Made by a program: the position numbers and the translations under genes. 64,000 nucleotides of DNA from a virus (Duplodnaviria > Caudoviricetes). Of this stretch, positions 26,609-36,183 are shown one piece after another; the first letter of the stretch is position 1; each line of letters starts with the position of its first letter. The stretch is taken from the IMG/VR virus record IMGVR_UViG_644736339_000001. The stretch is one strand, 5' to 3'. Below the pieces are notes generated by a model. The model was not told where the DNA came from, ran no database searches, and worked only from the letters and a program-made list of their open reading frames with translations.

Positions 26609-27105
26609 CCACCACCCCTCTCCCCGACGGCTACTACGCCGTCCCGGATCCCGACGACCCGACCACCACGACCTGCTGGCGCGTGAAGGACGACTCCGGC
26701 GGCGCCCTGGCCGCCTCGCCGTCGGGCGCGCACTACGGCCCGGCGCTGTACAAGCGGGACCTTCCGAAGGGCCTGCGCGGACGGGAGCGCGGCGAGTGGA
26801 TTACCGCCTGGTACCAGACTGTGCGGCACCCGTGGGACCGGAAGGTCCGTGAGGCGATCGCTGCGGACCCGGAGGCTGCCGGGCTGCGGTTTGCGGAGTA
26901 CACGCACCACTGTTGCCGCTGCAACCAGCCGCTGACGGTGCCGGCGTCACAAGCCGCTGGCTTGGGCCCGGACTGTGTCGAAATCGTGCGGGCGAAGGCT
27001 GCGCGCGGTGCGGTCCTGGCCGACTCGGCGACGGCGCGGCAGCGGGCGATTGTGGACCGTGCGACGCGTACCGATCTAGTGCCGGCACCGAACGGTGGTG
27101 CCTGA
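26605..27105 (+). CDS. DUF6011-like Zn-ribbon protein
   Basis: CCRCNQPLTVPASQAAGLGPDC. Confidence 0.75.
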   Translation: MTTTPLPDGYYAVPDPDDPTTTTCWRVKDDSGGALAASPSGAHYGPALYKRDLPKGLRGRERGEWITAWYQTVRHPWDRKVREAIAADPEAAGLRFAEYTHHCCRCNQPLTVPASQAAGLGPDCVEIVRAKAARGAVLADSATARQRAIVDRATRTDLVPAPNGGA

Positions 27106-27341
27106 TGCGCGATCTCGAAGCGAAGATCCTCGCCTCCCTTGCCGAGGAGGACGAGCCGCTGTCGTGGGTCGGGCTGGTCAACAGCATCTGCCCGTGGCCG
27201 GCGGGTGAGATCCCCGACGCATTTGATGAACTGCTCGCGGCTGGCCTCATCGAGGTTGTAGGTGCCGGAGTGTCTGGAGGCTACGTGATTACCGACGCCG
27301 GGCGTGCAGCGCTCGCCACCACCACCGAGGAGAGATCATGA
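27105..27341 (+). CDS. small winged-helix-like protein
   Basis: FDELLAAGLIEV...YVITDAGRAAL. Confidence 0.55.
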   Translation: MRDLEAKILASLAEEDEPLSWVGLVNSICPWPAGEIPDAFDELLAAGLIEVVGAGVSGGYVITDAGRAALATTTEERS

Positions 27342-27709
27342 CGATTGCCCACAGGAAGTGGGGCAACCCCAACGGCCCGGCCGAGATGAACTGCCCGTGG
27401 TGCACCCGCGGCCACTTTCCGCCCACGGAAGCCGACGATGCCGACTGCACCTGCGTCCAGTGGTGCGGCAGCCCGGACTGCACCGCCGAGACGCCAGACC
27501 CGGACACTGCCGCGCTAATCGGCGCGTTCGAGGCAGTGAGCGCTGAGCGGGACGACGCTCGCGCTGTCGCGCTGATGCTGAAGAAGATCCTCGCCTCGAT
27601 GCCCACCTTCCTCGACGAGATCGTGGGCGAAGAGGTCTGGGACGAGCTGCCGGACTGGTTCACCGACGAGGACAACGGGCGCAGCTTCTGGGGTGGTGGC
27701 GATGCCTGA
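27338..27709 (+). CDS. hypothetical protein
   Basis: Coupled ORF, Cys motifs. Confidence 0.55.
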   Translation: MTIAHRKWGNPNGPAEMNCPWCTRGHFPPTEADDADCTCVQWCGSPDCTAETPDPDTAALIGAFEAVSAERDDARAVALMLKKILASMPTFLDEIVGEEVWDELPDWFTDEDNGRSFWGGGDA

Positions 27710-28076
27710 GCCGACCATCACCCCCGTTTCGGACGAAAGGCAAGGCCTGATGACCGACAGCGCAACAACCTGCCCCGAGTGCGGCACCCCGGCCCCCGAC
27801 TGGAATGCCGAGGAGCGCGAGTGCGACACCTGCGTGGCGATCGCCGATCTCGCCAATGCCCGCGACCAGCTTGCTGAGGCCATCGAGTACGAGGAATGGG
27901 GTGCGGCCCGCAACGAGCTGGAGTGGCTCGGTCAGGTCATCGGCAGGCTCCACAAGGCGCTGGACGTGATCAGCGATTCTGATGCGCACAACCGGATCGT
28001 GGACCTGCTGAACCAGGCCAGCGTGCAGTACAACGCGGCTGCGGATCAGTCGAACGCGGCGGGAGGGTGGCGGTGA
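27702..28076 (+). CDS. hypothetical protein
   Basis: Coupled ORF, CPECG/CDTC. Confidence 0.55.
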   Translation: MPEPTITPVSDERQGLMTDSATTCPECGTPAPDWNAEERECDTCVAIADLANARDQLAEAIEYEEWGAARNELEWLGQVIGRLHKALDVISDSDAHNRIVDLLNQASVQYNAAADQSNAAGGWR

Positions 28077-28288
28077 CATTCATGGGCGACCTGCCGAAGC
28101 CCGGCAACGCCGGATACGAGGAACACGCCTCGCCGCACGCGATCCGTGCGCACCTGCTGGACGCACGGACCAAGCGGCGGCGTGTCCTCGCCGAGTACGA
28201 CAGGACAATTAACTGGCTGGAGGAGCTGTTGCTCGACCGGACGCAGCAGGTTGCCGACGGGCAGTGGCCGAGGAGGGATGAGCGGTGA
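28073..28288 (+). CDS. hypothetical protein
   Basis: GTGA-coupled ORF. Confidence 0.55.
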   Translation: MTFMGDLPKPGNAGYEEHASPHAIRAHLLDARTKRRRVLAEYDRTINWLEELLLDRTQQVADGQWPRRDER

Positions 28289-28581
28289 TTGCTTTGTCTG
28301 CTAACGCCGAGCTGCTGTTGCGTGTATTCGCTGCGACGGCCGGCCCGATCGGAATGTTCGAGGCGGCCGACGTCCTGCTCGCGCCGAACCCTGGTGACCG
28401 GCCGGAATACTTCGGCAGCGCGTATGACCTGCTGATTGCAGGCGCCAGCCTGTACAACCAGGGCTGCATCGACCGGGTGGTTGCTGACGGCGTGAACGGC
28501 GACCTGTACGAGCCCACCGAGGTGGGGCGGCGGATTGCGGCAATGCCGTGGCCGAAACGGAATGGGAGGGCTTGGCGGTGA
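28285..28581 (+). CDS. hypothetical winged-helix-like protein
   Basis: Coupled ORF. Confidence 0.5.
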   Translation: MIALSANAELLLRVFAATAGPIGMFEAADVLLAPNPGDRPEYFGSAYDLLIAGASLYNQGCIDRVVADGVNGDLYEPTEVGRRIAAMPWPKRNGRAWR

Positions 28582-29216
28582 CCGACGACTACCTGGACCG
28601 CCTGGAGCACCACCTCGGCGCCTACCGCGGGGGCGAGGACAATGGGCGCAAAAACCGTGGAAGGCGGACGGCGATGTCTGAACCGATCAAGCCGATGACC
28701 GCAGCCGATGAGGCTCGCGCGTGGATTCAGCGTCTCGTGCGGATTGCCGACGAGTGCAACGCGCAGAACGAGGCCGAAGCAATCCCCGAAGTGAACTGCC
28801 CGCCGACGCACGTCAGCGCTGTGGTTCGGCTGAAGCCGTTGCCCGACGGGCGCGTGTCGGTGTACGAGCCCGGCGTCGAGGTCACGCCGGATCGGCTGCG
28901 GGCGTTCCTCGCCGAGCACGACGAACAACGCGACCGTGGCGAGACGGCGGAACGCGCACTTACCGAGCTGCAGCAGCGCCTCGGCGAGACGGCCGAGGAA
29001 TGGGGTGTGCGACGCGCCTGGAGCGAGAACGCCGAGACTCGCGAGGGCTACGCCATTTGCGAATCCGAGGAGCACGCCGGTGCTGTTCTGGACCATTACC
29101 GGGCGGTTGATCGGGCTGAGAGGAGCCTCGTTAAATCCGCGCTGGCGTGGCGGATTGTCGGCGAGTGGAGGCTGGCCGAGCAGCAGCCTGAGGGTGGCGC
29201 TGGGGATCCAACGTGA
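28578..29216 (+). CDS. hypothetical protein
   Basis: Coupled ORF. Confidence 0.55.
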   Translation: MTDDYLDRLEHHLGAYRGGEDNGRKNRGRRTAMSEPIKPMTAADEARAWIQRLVRIADECNAQNEAEAIPEVNCPPTHVSAVVRLKPLPDGRVSVYEPGVEVTPDRLRAFLAEHDEQRDRGETAERALTELQQRLGETAEEWGVRRAWSENAETREGYAICESEEHAGAVLDHYRAVDRAERSLVKSALAWRIVGEWRLAEQQPEGGAGDPT

Positions 29217-29767
29217 GCGGCTGGTGGCGTCTCCTTGCCTCCGTGTCGGTCGGCGCGCTAATCCCGCTGGCGGCTGGGATGGGTTGCGCCCTGCTGGGTC
29301 TCGGCCCGAACTGGTGGATGGGCATGTCCGCGGCCCTCGGGCTCGTCTGGGCGTTGACGCAGAACCGGATCCTTGACAGGGCCGGGGCCGCGTGGACGGA
29401 GCTGTGCGAGGCTGCCGGCGAGGTGCCGGCCCTCAACGACGACGACGCCACCCTGCTCGCATTGTTCGCGATGCATTCCAGCCCTGTACGCGTAGCGTGG
29501 CCGGTCAAGATCCTGAACCCGTGTCCGGACTCGCGGTGGTGGCCGTACCCGTGGCGGCACTGCCGTGTCATGTTCGCCTGGGGGTGCCGAAACGCCGAAC
29601 TGTTCACCGGGACCGAAAGGCTCGCCGGCAAGAACCTGCTGCAGCGCACCGAGCGCGGCCGGTCGTGGGACGGGACGAGCGTGTACGAGGCCACCGGGCT
29701 CGGGCGGGACGTGGCGGCGAGGAACGCTGAGGTGCTGATGGCTGGGCGGATGGAGGAAGCAGCATGA
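29213..29767 (+). CDS. hypothetical membrane protein
   Basis: Two N-terminal TM segments. Confidence 0.55.
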   Translation: MSGWWRLLASVSVGALIPLAAGMGCALLGLGPNWWMGMSAALGLVWALTQNRILDRAGAAWTELCEAAGEVPALNDDDATLLALFAMHSSPVRVAWPVKILNPCPDSRWWPYPWRHCRVMFAWGCRNAELFTGTERLAGKNLLQRTERGRSWDGTSVYEATGLGRDVAARNAEVLMAGRMEEAA

Positions 29768-29961
29768 CTGAAGTGCGCGAGGTTACCCAGTGCCGCCACT
29801 GCCGCGGGCCGGTGAAGCGCGACGAACTCCACGACCACGCCGGCGAGCGGAACGACTGCTACGCCGTGTGGACCTGCGTGAACCCGAACTGCCAGTCCAG
29901 CAGCGATGTCGCGTTCATGGTCTGCAGCGGCGGCGATGATGCAACCGAGGAGGAAGCATGA
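29764..29961 (+). CDS. small Zn-ribbon protein
   Basis: CRHC ... CVNPNC. Confidence 0.5.
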   Translation: MTEVREVTQCRHCRGPVKRDELHDHAGERNDCYAVWTCVNPNCQSSSDVAFMVCSGGDDATEEEA

Positions 29962-30164
29962 ACGTCTGGCGCTGCGCGCGTTGCGGGAAGCTCAACGAGA
30001 GCGAAGCCTTCGTCCTCTGGGACGACGACAACAGCTGCTGGTTCCAGGTCGGAGACAAGTACGGCAGCAACGAGCCCAAGTGCCACGGCTGTCTTGCGAA
30101 CATCTACACGAACCCGGAGCTGATGGGCCAGATGTACCGGCTCGAACCGATCGAGGCGCCATGA
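29958..30164 (+). CDS. small Zn-ribbon protein
   Basis: CARCG ... CHGC, GGAGG RBS. Confidence 0.55.
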   Translation: MNVWRCARCGKLNESEAFVLWDDDNSCWFQVGDKYGSNEPKCHGCLANIYTNPELMGQMYRLEPIEAP

Positions 30165-30454
30165 CTGAACACGACATTCCCGCGCTCGTTCAGGTACTCC
30201 AGCTCACCAAAGGACGCCCGGAGTGGAGCGCTTGGGATGCTGACGGCAACTGGTACTACCTGCGGTACCGCCTTGGGTCCGGCACCGTTCACATCTCACC
30301 TGGGGGTCCCGCGTTCGGTGCCAGCGATCAGGACTTCGTGAACGCCCTCGACGCGGCGAGGCTGCTCACCGACTTTGTGTACGGCAACGTCAGCGACGGC
30401 GAGATCACGCTGCCCGCGTTCCTGCGCATGGCCGGCATGCGAACGGCGGCGTGA
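30161..30454 (+). CDS. hypothetical phage protein
   Basis: WSAWDADGNWYYLRYRLGSG motif; ATGA-coupled. Confidence 0.6.
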   Translation: MTEHDIPALVQVLQLTKGRPEWSAWDADGNWYYLRYRLGSGTVHISPGGPAFGASDQDFVNALDAARLLTDFVYGNVSDGEITLPAFLRMAGMRTAA

Positions 30455-30472
30455 CGTGAGCAGGACGTTCTG

Positions 30473-31078
30473 ATGACCCGCACCAAGAACACGATCCGCG
30501 CGGACGAGAACCGGCCGTCTGCTGCCATCCTGGAGTCCGCCCGCGAGGCCCGCAGGCTGGCGGCAGGATCGGGTGCGTCCGCTACCGCCACGCTCATCGT
30601 CTCGGGGTCGTATTCGAACTGCGGGTTCTGCGGCGCCCACGCCTTCTCCCATCAGGAGACGCACGAAACTGTCGCCGGCTACGGGCCGGCGCTTCCCGGC
30701 CGTGGCGCCCGGTTCACGGCCATTACATCCGACAGGATCCACATCGACGACGAACTGGGACAGCGACTAGCACAGATGCGCCCGGATCTACCCGTAGTGG
30801 ACTGGCTTAACCGAGGAGTGGACATGCCCGACGCCGTAACCATCAGCGCTGGCACCGCCGTGCCGGCACGGTCGTGCCCGAAGTGCGGCTCCGACGACAC
30901 CGCCATGAACTACTGCGACGGCTGCCGGTTGCGGCCGTACTCGGCCTACGACGGCAACCACCTCGACAACAAGTGCGCCGACGGCGACACAGAGCACTTC
31001 CACCGAAGCTGCGGTCGCTGCCGCTATCAGTGGCGCACCGACGACGTGATCAACGCGCGGGAGGTGTGCAAGCGGTGA
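30473..31078 (+). CDS. hypothetical Cys-rich protein
   Basis: Several CxxC motifs. Confidence 0.55.
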   Translation: MTRTKNTIRADENRPSAAILESAREARRLAAGSGASATATLIVSGSYSNCGFCGAHAFSHQETHETVAGYGPALPGRGARFTAITSDRIHIDDELGQRLAQMRPDLPVVDWLNRGVDMPDAVTISAGTAVPARSCPKCGSDDTAMNYCDGCRLRPYSAYDGNHLDNKCADGDTEHFHRSCGRCRYQWRTDDVINAREVCKR

Positions 31079-31326
31079 CTGCCGCCTGGGTCGCCTGCGA
31101 ATGCGACGCCACCCCCTGCATCTGTTACATCCCGCCGCCGCAGATCGGGCCGGCCGATCGGGCCGAGGCGGAACGGCTCCGCGACGAGATGGCTGCCAGC
31201 GGGTCGGACGCCCGCGCATGGTTTGCCAACTTCATTGATGAGAACAGCGACGAGCTTGCTGAGGCGTTGTCGCGGCCGGTGGAGGACCTGATTGCCGAAG
31301 CGCTCGCAGCCCGGGAGGGATCATGA
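31075..31326 (+). CDS. hypothetical protein
   Basis: Coupled ORF. Confidence 0.5.
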   Translation: MTAAWVACECDATPCICYIPPPQIGPADRAEAERLRDEMAASGSDARAWFANFIDENSDELAEALSRPVEDLIAEALAAREGS

Positions 31327-31859
31327 CCGACACGTCCGCAACGAATCCCGAGTGGATCCCGGTCTGGTACGGCTACGACCGCGAGTTCCTGGTGCGCTTC
31401 ACCGACGCCGACAACCGTCGCCACGACTGGCACGTCCGCTCTGACAATTTCGACGGCACGGGCCGGCGGCGCCACATGGCCTGGCATGCGTGGCCTGACA
31501 TCCCGGACCCGGAGCGGTGGGACAAGCCGGTGTTTCTGCACCGCCGTCTTGCCGACGCGAAGGACGAGTTCGCGCTCGTGGTCATGCAGGGCTGGCGGCG
31601 CGGCTTCGGCTACACCGAAAGTGTCACGGGTAGCCCGATCTACGGGCGCGACAGTGCACGTCGTGAGCGGAGATTCCTTGTGGCCGAGCTGCACGGCCGT
31701 GGTATCTGCCCACGGTGCGGCAAATTGGTGCACGTCCGAACCGACGGGATGCTGAACGCGCACAACCGGCCGCGAAGCCTGGACCGGTGCGACGGGACGC
31801 ACGGACCTGCGGTAGCCGAGCTCAAGACGCTGGCGCAGATGGCGGAGGCTGGGCTGTGA
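31323..31859 (+). CDS. hypothetical protein with Zn-ribbon
   Basis: CPRCG ... HNR...CDG. Confidence 0.55.
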   Translation: MTDTSATNPEWIPVWYGYDREFLVRFTDADNRRHDWHVRSDNFDGTGRRRHMAWHAWPDIPDPERWDKPVFLHRRLADAKDEFALVVMQGWRRGFGYTESVTGSPIYGRDSARRERRFLVAELHGRGICPRCGKLVHVRTDGMLNAHNRPRSLDRCDGTHGPAVAELKTLAQMAEAGL

Positions 31860-32317
31860 CGGACATTGTGGAGTTCATCAAGGCGCAGATGGCCGTCGAT
31901 GAGCAGCTGGCCCTTGCGACCACACCGGTCCCGGTGCCCGGCAGCTGGAGAGCGGCGCAGGACAAGCACGCGGCCGACGATGCGCCGCTGTCGCTGATTC
32001 AGGGCCGCGACGAAGACGAGTTCCACGACCCTGACAACATCGGCTACAGCTACGGCAACCCGGTCATTGTCCACGCCGCTGACTGGCAGGACGAGGCCGA
32101 GGCGAACCTGCGACATATTGAGCGCCACGATCCTGCGTCGGTACTGGCCGACGTGAAGGCGAAGCGGGAACTGCTAAGGCACGCGGCCGAGCTGCGTGAG
32201 GTTGCAGCGCTTACCGAAACCTGGCTCCTAATGGATGCGGCAGTGGGAATTGAGCGCGCCTTGGTTGCGGCCTACGCCGGCCGGCCCGGATTCAAGACCG
32301 AGTGGAGCCTGCCGTAA
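31856..32317 (+). CDS. DUF6221-like protein
   Basis: DIVEFIKAQM..DE ... HIERHDPASVLADVKAKRELL ... AYAGRPGFKTEW. Confidence 0.75.
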   Translation: MTDIVEFIKAQMAVDEQLALATTPVPVPGSWRAAQDKHAADDAPLSLIQGRDEDEFHDPDNIGYSYGNPVIVHAADWQDEAEANLRHIERHDPASVLADVKAKRELLRHAAELREVAALTETWLLMDAAVGIERALVAAYAGRPGFKTEWSLP

Positions 32318-32967
32318 CTGTCGAGTCCCGCCCCCGCTGGGGCAAAGCCGGCGTGCGACTCACCGAGCAGGAAGCCGCCACAATCGACTTCCGCAACGCC
32401 TGCCGCGCGACCGAGGCAGCGGAACGTGCCGAGCGTGATAAGGACGCCGCCTACGGGTCGTGGAAGGCCGGTCGGCTCCGTCCCTACCTAATTACCTACG
32501 CGCTGGACCGCCACGGCCTGTACGGGCCAAGGGTGGACGTAGCGTGCGGCACGGAGGAACCGGCCGCGGATGAGTGGGAGGCGGGCGTCCGCTACCCGAC
32601 GTGGCCGGAGTTCAAGGCGCTGGCCGCGCTGACCTTGTACCCGCTCGGGCATTTCCTGCGCGACGCCAACCCGATCCCGTTCGAGTCGACGTCGATGCGG
32701 TTCCATTTGAAGCCGGGCATGAAGCCTCCGCCGGAACCGATCCTGTGCTTCGAACCCGAGGCAATCTGGGCAGCGACGCGCACGCCCCGCTGTCCGTGGT
32801 GCTGCCGTGGCGTGCAGACGGTAATGCCGGAGTGCCTGTTCTGTCCGCATTGTGGGGCCGCGCAGATGGACGGCGAGGCTGTGCGCACGGTTGGCGGGGA
32901 GGGGTTCGCACAATGCCCGGACTGTGGCGGGCGGTGGCCAGCCGAGACGGCCGCCGTTCCGGCGTGA
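32302..32967 (+). CDS. XRE-like HTH plus Zn-ribbon hypothetical protein
   Basis: DEWEAGVRYPTWPEFKALAALT; C-terminal CxxC motifs. Confidence 0.5.
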   Translation: MEPAVTVESRPRWGKAGVRLTEQEAATIDFRNACRATEAAERAERDKDAAYGSWKAGRLRPYLITYALDRHGLYGPRVDVACGTEEPAADEWEAGVRYPTWPEFKALAALTLYPLGHFLRDANPIPFESTSMRFHLKPGMKPPPEPILCFEPEAIWAATRTPRCPWCCRGVQTVMPECLFCPHCGAAQMDGEAVRTVGGEGFAQCPDCGGRWPAETAAVPA

Positions 32968-33009
32968 CGGGGGCAGGGGCGGCGGTAAGGCGGGTGGCGG
33001 GGCCGGGCG

Positions 33010-33303
33010 TCAGGACTCGGAGTTGTCTGGTGCCGCCGACTTGCCCTTACCGCCGGTTCGGCCCTCGCTGATCTGCTGCACGCGGTTGCGGTCAAGGCCA
33101 AGAAGTGAGCCGATCTCGGCAAGGCTTTTGCCCTCGGCCCGAAGTTCCTTCACGGCTTCCTGTCGGATCTGACGTGCCTGGGGCATGGCCTCGGTGCGCA
33201 TGGTCTCCATGAACGCGGCGGCACGCTTGGCGCGGTCTACGGGGTCCGCAACAGCTGCGATGTCGGCAAGTGCTTCGTTCATCTTGGCCTCCGGGGTCTT
33301 CAT
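33010..33303 (-). CDS. small HTH regulator
   Basis: RQEAVKELRAEGKSLAEIGSLLGLDRNRVQQI. Confidence 0.8.
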   Translation of the reverse strand: MKTPEAKMNEALADIAAVADPVDRAKRAAAFMETMRTEAMPQARQIRQEAVKELRAEGKSLAEIGSLLGLDRNRVQQISEGRTGGKGKSAAPDNSES

Positions 33304-33311
33304 CGGACCAG

Positions 33312-33354
33312 TGTAGTGGGTACGCTTGACAGCGTAGTGGGCACCCACTACAGT
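33312..33354 (+). promoter_or_regulatory. consensus promoter overlapped by three operator half-sites
   Basis: TTGACA(33326)-17 nt-TACAGT(33349); GTAGTGGG twice plus inverted CCCACTAC. Confidence 0.75.
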
Positions 33355-33395
33355 AAGCAATAGAAAAAACGCAGGAACCCACGAAGGAGACCGAG

Positions 33396-33692
33396 ATGAC
33401 CGCCACGCAGACCCTGACCCAGACGATCAGCACCGTCCGGTCCAACTACGCTGCCCTGCGCCGGCTGAAGGTCTCCGGCGGTCGCACCGCGGCCACCACG
33501 AACGCGATCTCCCGGCGCCGGAACGCCATCGAGGCGGCGTGCAAGAACCTGCCGCGCAACGTGGCCGGCGACCTGGCCTACGAGAACACCCTGCTGGAGA
33601 ACATGGCCGTCTCACGCCGCAACGGCGTGCAGCGCCCCGAACTCGCTGCCCGACTGGCGAACTGCCGTCGCGACATCAACGCCGGCGCCTGA
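33396..33692 (+). CDS. hypothetical basic protein
   Basis: AAGGAG RBS, strong codon bias, downstream hairpin. Confidence 0.7.
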   Translation: MTATQTLTQTISTVRSNYAALRRLKVSGGRTAATTNAISRRRNAIEAACKNLPRNVAGDLAYENTLLENMAVSRRNGVQRPELAARLANCRRDINAGA

Positions 33693-33790
33693 CCGCCCCC
33701 GCCAGCCACCGGACCTCGTGCCCGGCGGCTGGCGCAGGTGGTTGAGACGCCAACCAGAACCCACCGACGAGACCAAGACTGGAGCCTGAC

Positions 33791-34066
33791 ATGGTCGCAA
33801 CAACCCCATCCGGCAAGGTGATCACCTGCGATGGCTGCGGAGCCGCCATCGAGGAAGTCCGCGAGAACATGAAGCACCCGGTGCTTTACCCGCACCAGTG
33901 GGCCGAACCGAACGTGATCTACATCGTCTGCGCGCCGCTGCCGGACGGCACGCAGCCATGCCTGGACCTGGCGCGCCTGAGCGACGAGCTGTTCGAGAAC
34001 ACCAAGTGCCGCGTGCCCGGCTGCAACGGCGACCGCTGCCACCTCGCGAGGAGGGCTGTGAAATGA
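33791..34066 (+). CDS. hypothetical Cys-rich protein
   Basis: GGAG RBS. Confidence 0.55.
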   Translation: MVATTPSGKVITCDGCGAAIEEVRENMKHPVLYPHQWAEPNVIYIVCAPLPDGTQPCLDLARLSDELFENTKCRVPGCNGDRCHLARRAVK

Positions 34067-34821
34067 CCACCACCCCCGACCCGAAGACCGTGCGCGAGAT
34101 CGCACGCAAGCACATCCAGTCTGGCCGCGCCGAGATCGACGCCACCATCGTTCAGCACTTCGGCCCCGGCCTGCTTGGCGCCGATGAGTACTGGGCATGG
34201 GAGCGTGCCGTCGAGGACGAGCGGCGGAAGGCGGTCGTCACCGTCGCCGTGTCGTGGCCGGACGAGGAACCGCAGGAGTTCGAGTGCGAGGTCTGCACGA
34301 AGCCGATCACGGGCTACCCGTGCATCCTGTGCGAGCACGAGCCCGACCCGTGGGCAGCGCACCGTTGCGACAACTGCGAGGGTGTCGACCCGGGGTCGTG
34401 CGTGGCGAACGTAGGTGCCGTAGTTGCCGTCGCCGAGAAGCCGCAGGACGAGCGTGACCTGTTCGCCGACATTGCAGACATCACTGCCTGGCTGGACTCC
34501 TCGAACCCGTCAAGCAAGCACGAGGATGCGATGCGCGTCATGAAGCTCGGCGAGGAGGTGGGAGAAGCCATCGCCGCATACATCGGGCTGACGGGTCAAA
34601 ATCCGCGCAAGGGTGTCACCCACACCATGGACGACCTGCTGAAGGAACTGGCGGACGTGGCAATCACCGCACTTGCCGCGATGCAGCACTTCACGCAGGA
34701 CGAGGCCGAGACGCGGGCGCATATGGCTGCGAAGGTTCGGCAGATCATCAGCCGGTCGGCCATTCGCACGCGGGCCGGCGCCGAGGCGCAACTGGCTAAT
34801 CTGGAAGGCGGCGAGCGCTGA
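34063..34821 (+). CDS. MazG-like NTP pyrophosphatase domain protein
   Basis: MKLGEEVGEA...GQNPRKG...KELADVAITAL. Confidence 0.85.
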   Translation: MTTTPDPKTVREIARKHIQSGRAEIDATIVQHFGPGLLGADEYWAWERAVEDERRKAVVTVAVSWPDEEPQEFECEVCTKPITGYPCILCEHEPDPWAAHRCDNCEGVDPGSCVANVGAVVAVAEKPQDERDLFADIADITAWLDSSNPSSKHEDAMRVMKLGEEVGEAIAAYIGLTGQNPRKGVTHTMDDLLKELADVAITALAAMQHFTQDEAETRAHMAAKVRQIISRSAIRTRAGAEAQLANLEGGER

Positions 34822-35189
34822 TGTCCAAGCCGACCACTCCGCACCTGTGGGAACCGGAGCACCCGTACTACTGCGCCGCCGGCAACTTCTTCAAGGTCGG
34901 CTACCACGACAACTACCCGACCTGGGGCGACTTCATCGCAACCGCCGCCAGCTGGGACCTCGACATGGACCTGTTGTTCCGTTGGGACTGGCGCAAGCCC
35001 GACGCGGGCGTGATAGGCACGCTGAGCCTGTACTTCATCCGCCAGCGCAAGGGATACAACTACTCGCTCAGCGTGCCAGTTCACCCGGACGAGGAGCCTG
35101 AGGTGCGTGCGTACCTACAGGTCCGGCTGGATCATCTGGTGGCGATGTGGGCGCCGCTCGCGGTCGCGACAGATGCGGGGGCGTCCTGA
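34821..35189 (+). CDS. conserved phage hypothetical protein
   Basis: HLWEPEHPYYC...FRWDW...QRKG motif. Confidence 0.65.
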   Translation: MSKPTTPHLWEPEHPYYCAAGNFFKVGYHDNYPTWGDFIATAASWDLDMDLLFRWDWRKPDAGVIGTLSLYFIRQRKGYNYSLSVPVHPDEEPEVRAYLQVRLDHLVAMWAPLAVATDAGAS

Positions 35190-35581
35190 TGTTCGTCAAG
35201 CCGATGCCCCACGACGGCTACATCAACGAGGTTGCGTACCAGCTCACCCAACTCGGCCACGAGCCTACGCAACAATGGACCACGTCCCCGGACGGCGAGC
35301 AGCTCGACGGCGTTATCGTCTTCGACGACGCGGACCCAGCGCTGTGGCCCGACCACGTGTGGCTCGGCTGGGACCAGCACAACGGCTGGGCGCTGTGCGA
35401 CAACGGCACCCGCGCCCTGTTCCCGCTGGACCTCGACGTCTACGCCGCACCCGGAGCTGTTGCGGTACGCGCTGCCGACCGGTTGACGGGGCGGCAGGAC
35501 ACCGATGTGGATGAGGACTGGGACGGTGCTGCGGCGCTGGCCGAGGCGGTCCGTGCGTGGGAGAAGGAAGGCGCGTTGTGA
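35189..35581 (+). CDS. DUF6292-like protein
   Basis: HDGYINEVA...LGWDQHNGW. Confidence 0.55.
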   Translation: MFVKPMPHDGYINEVAYQLTQLGHEPTQQWTTSPDGEQLDGVIVFDDADPALWPDHVWLGWDQHNGWALCDNGTRALFPLDLDVYAAPGAVAVRAADRLTGRQDTDVDEDWDGAAALAEAVRAWEKEGAL

Positions 35582-36183
35582 TCGGGCCTGAACGTCCGAA
35601 CCCGACCGCCGCCCGCAGCCGCGGCGAACTCGCAGCGATGATCCGCGCCGGCGCCGAACCGAAGTGGCGCCTGTTCTTCGGGCACCGCGCACGTATCCCA
35701 GGCGTCGTCGACGAGGCGTGCCTGTCGCAGTGGTGGCCGGCCGAGTTCCGCATCGGCAGCATCACCTACTTCACCGCCGAGCATTGGATGATGGTCTCGA
35801 AAGCGCAGCTGTTCGGCGACTCCGACGCGTGGGCGCGAGTCCTGTCCACCCGCGACCCGGCCGTGGCCAAACGTGCCGGACGGAACGCCTGCGACTTCGA
35901 CGAGACCACGTGGGCCGCGGTTCGGTTCGGCTTGGTGGTCGCCGGTAACTACGCCAAGTTTGCCCAGAATTCGGACCTGCGTGCGTTCCTGGCCGGGACC
36001 GCCGGCGAGGTGCTTGTGGAAGCCTCCCCGTATGACCGCGTGTGGGGTGTCGGCCTGGCGGCGTCGCACCGGGACGTGCGGGACCCGGCTGCGTGGCCGG
36101 GGCTGAACCTGCTGGGGTTCGCGCTCATGCGGGTCCGGGAGGAACTGATGGCGCGGCCGGACCATACCGAGGAGACATCATGA
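35578..36183 (+). CDS. NADAR family ADP-ribosylhydrolase
   Basis: CLSQWWP...TAEHWMM..KA.LFGD...AKRAGR...KFAQN...LVEASPYDRVWGVG...GLNLLGFALMRVR. Confidence 0.93.
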   Translation: MIGPERPNPTAARSRGELAAMIRAGAEPKWRLFFGHRARIPGVVDEACLSQWWPAEFRIGSITYFTAEHWMMVSKAQLFGDSDAWARVLSTRDPAVAKRAGRNACDFDETTWAAVRFGLVVAGNYAKFAQNSDLRAFLAGTAGEVLVEASPYDRVWGVGLAASHRDVRDPAAWPGLNLLGFALMRVREELMARPDHTEETS

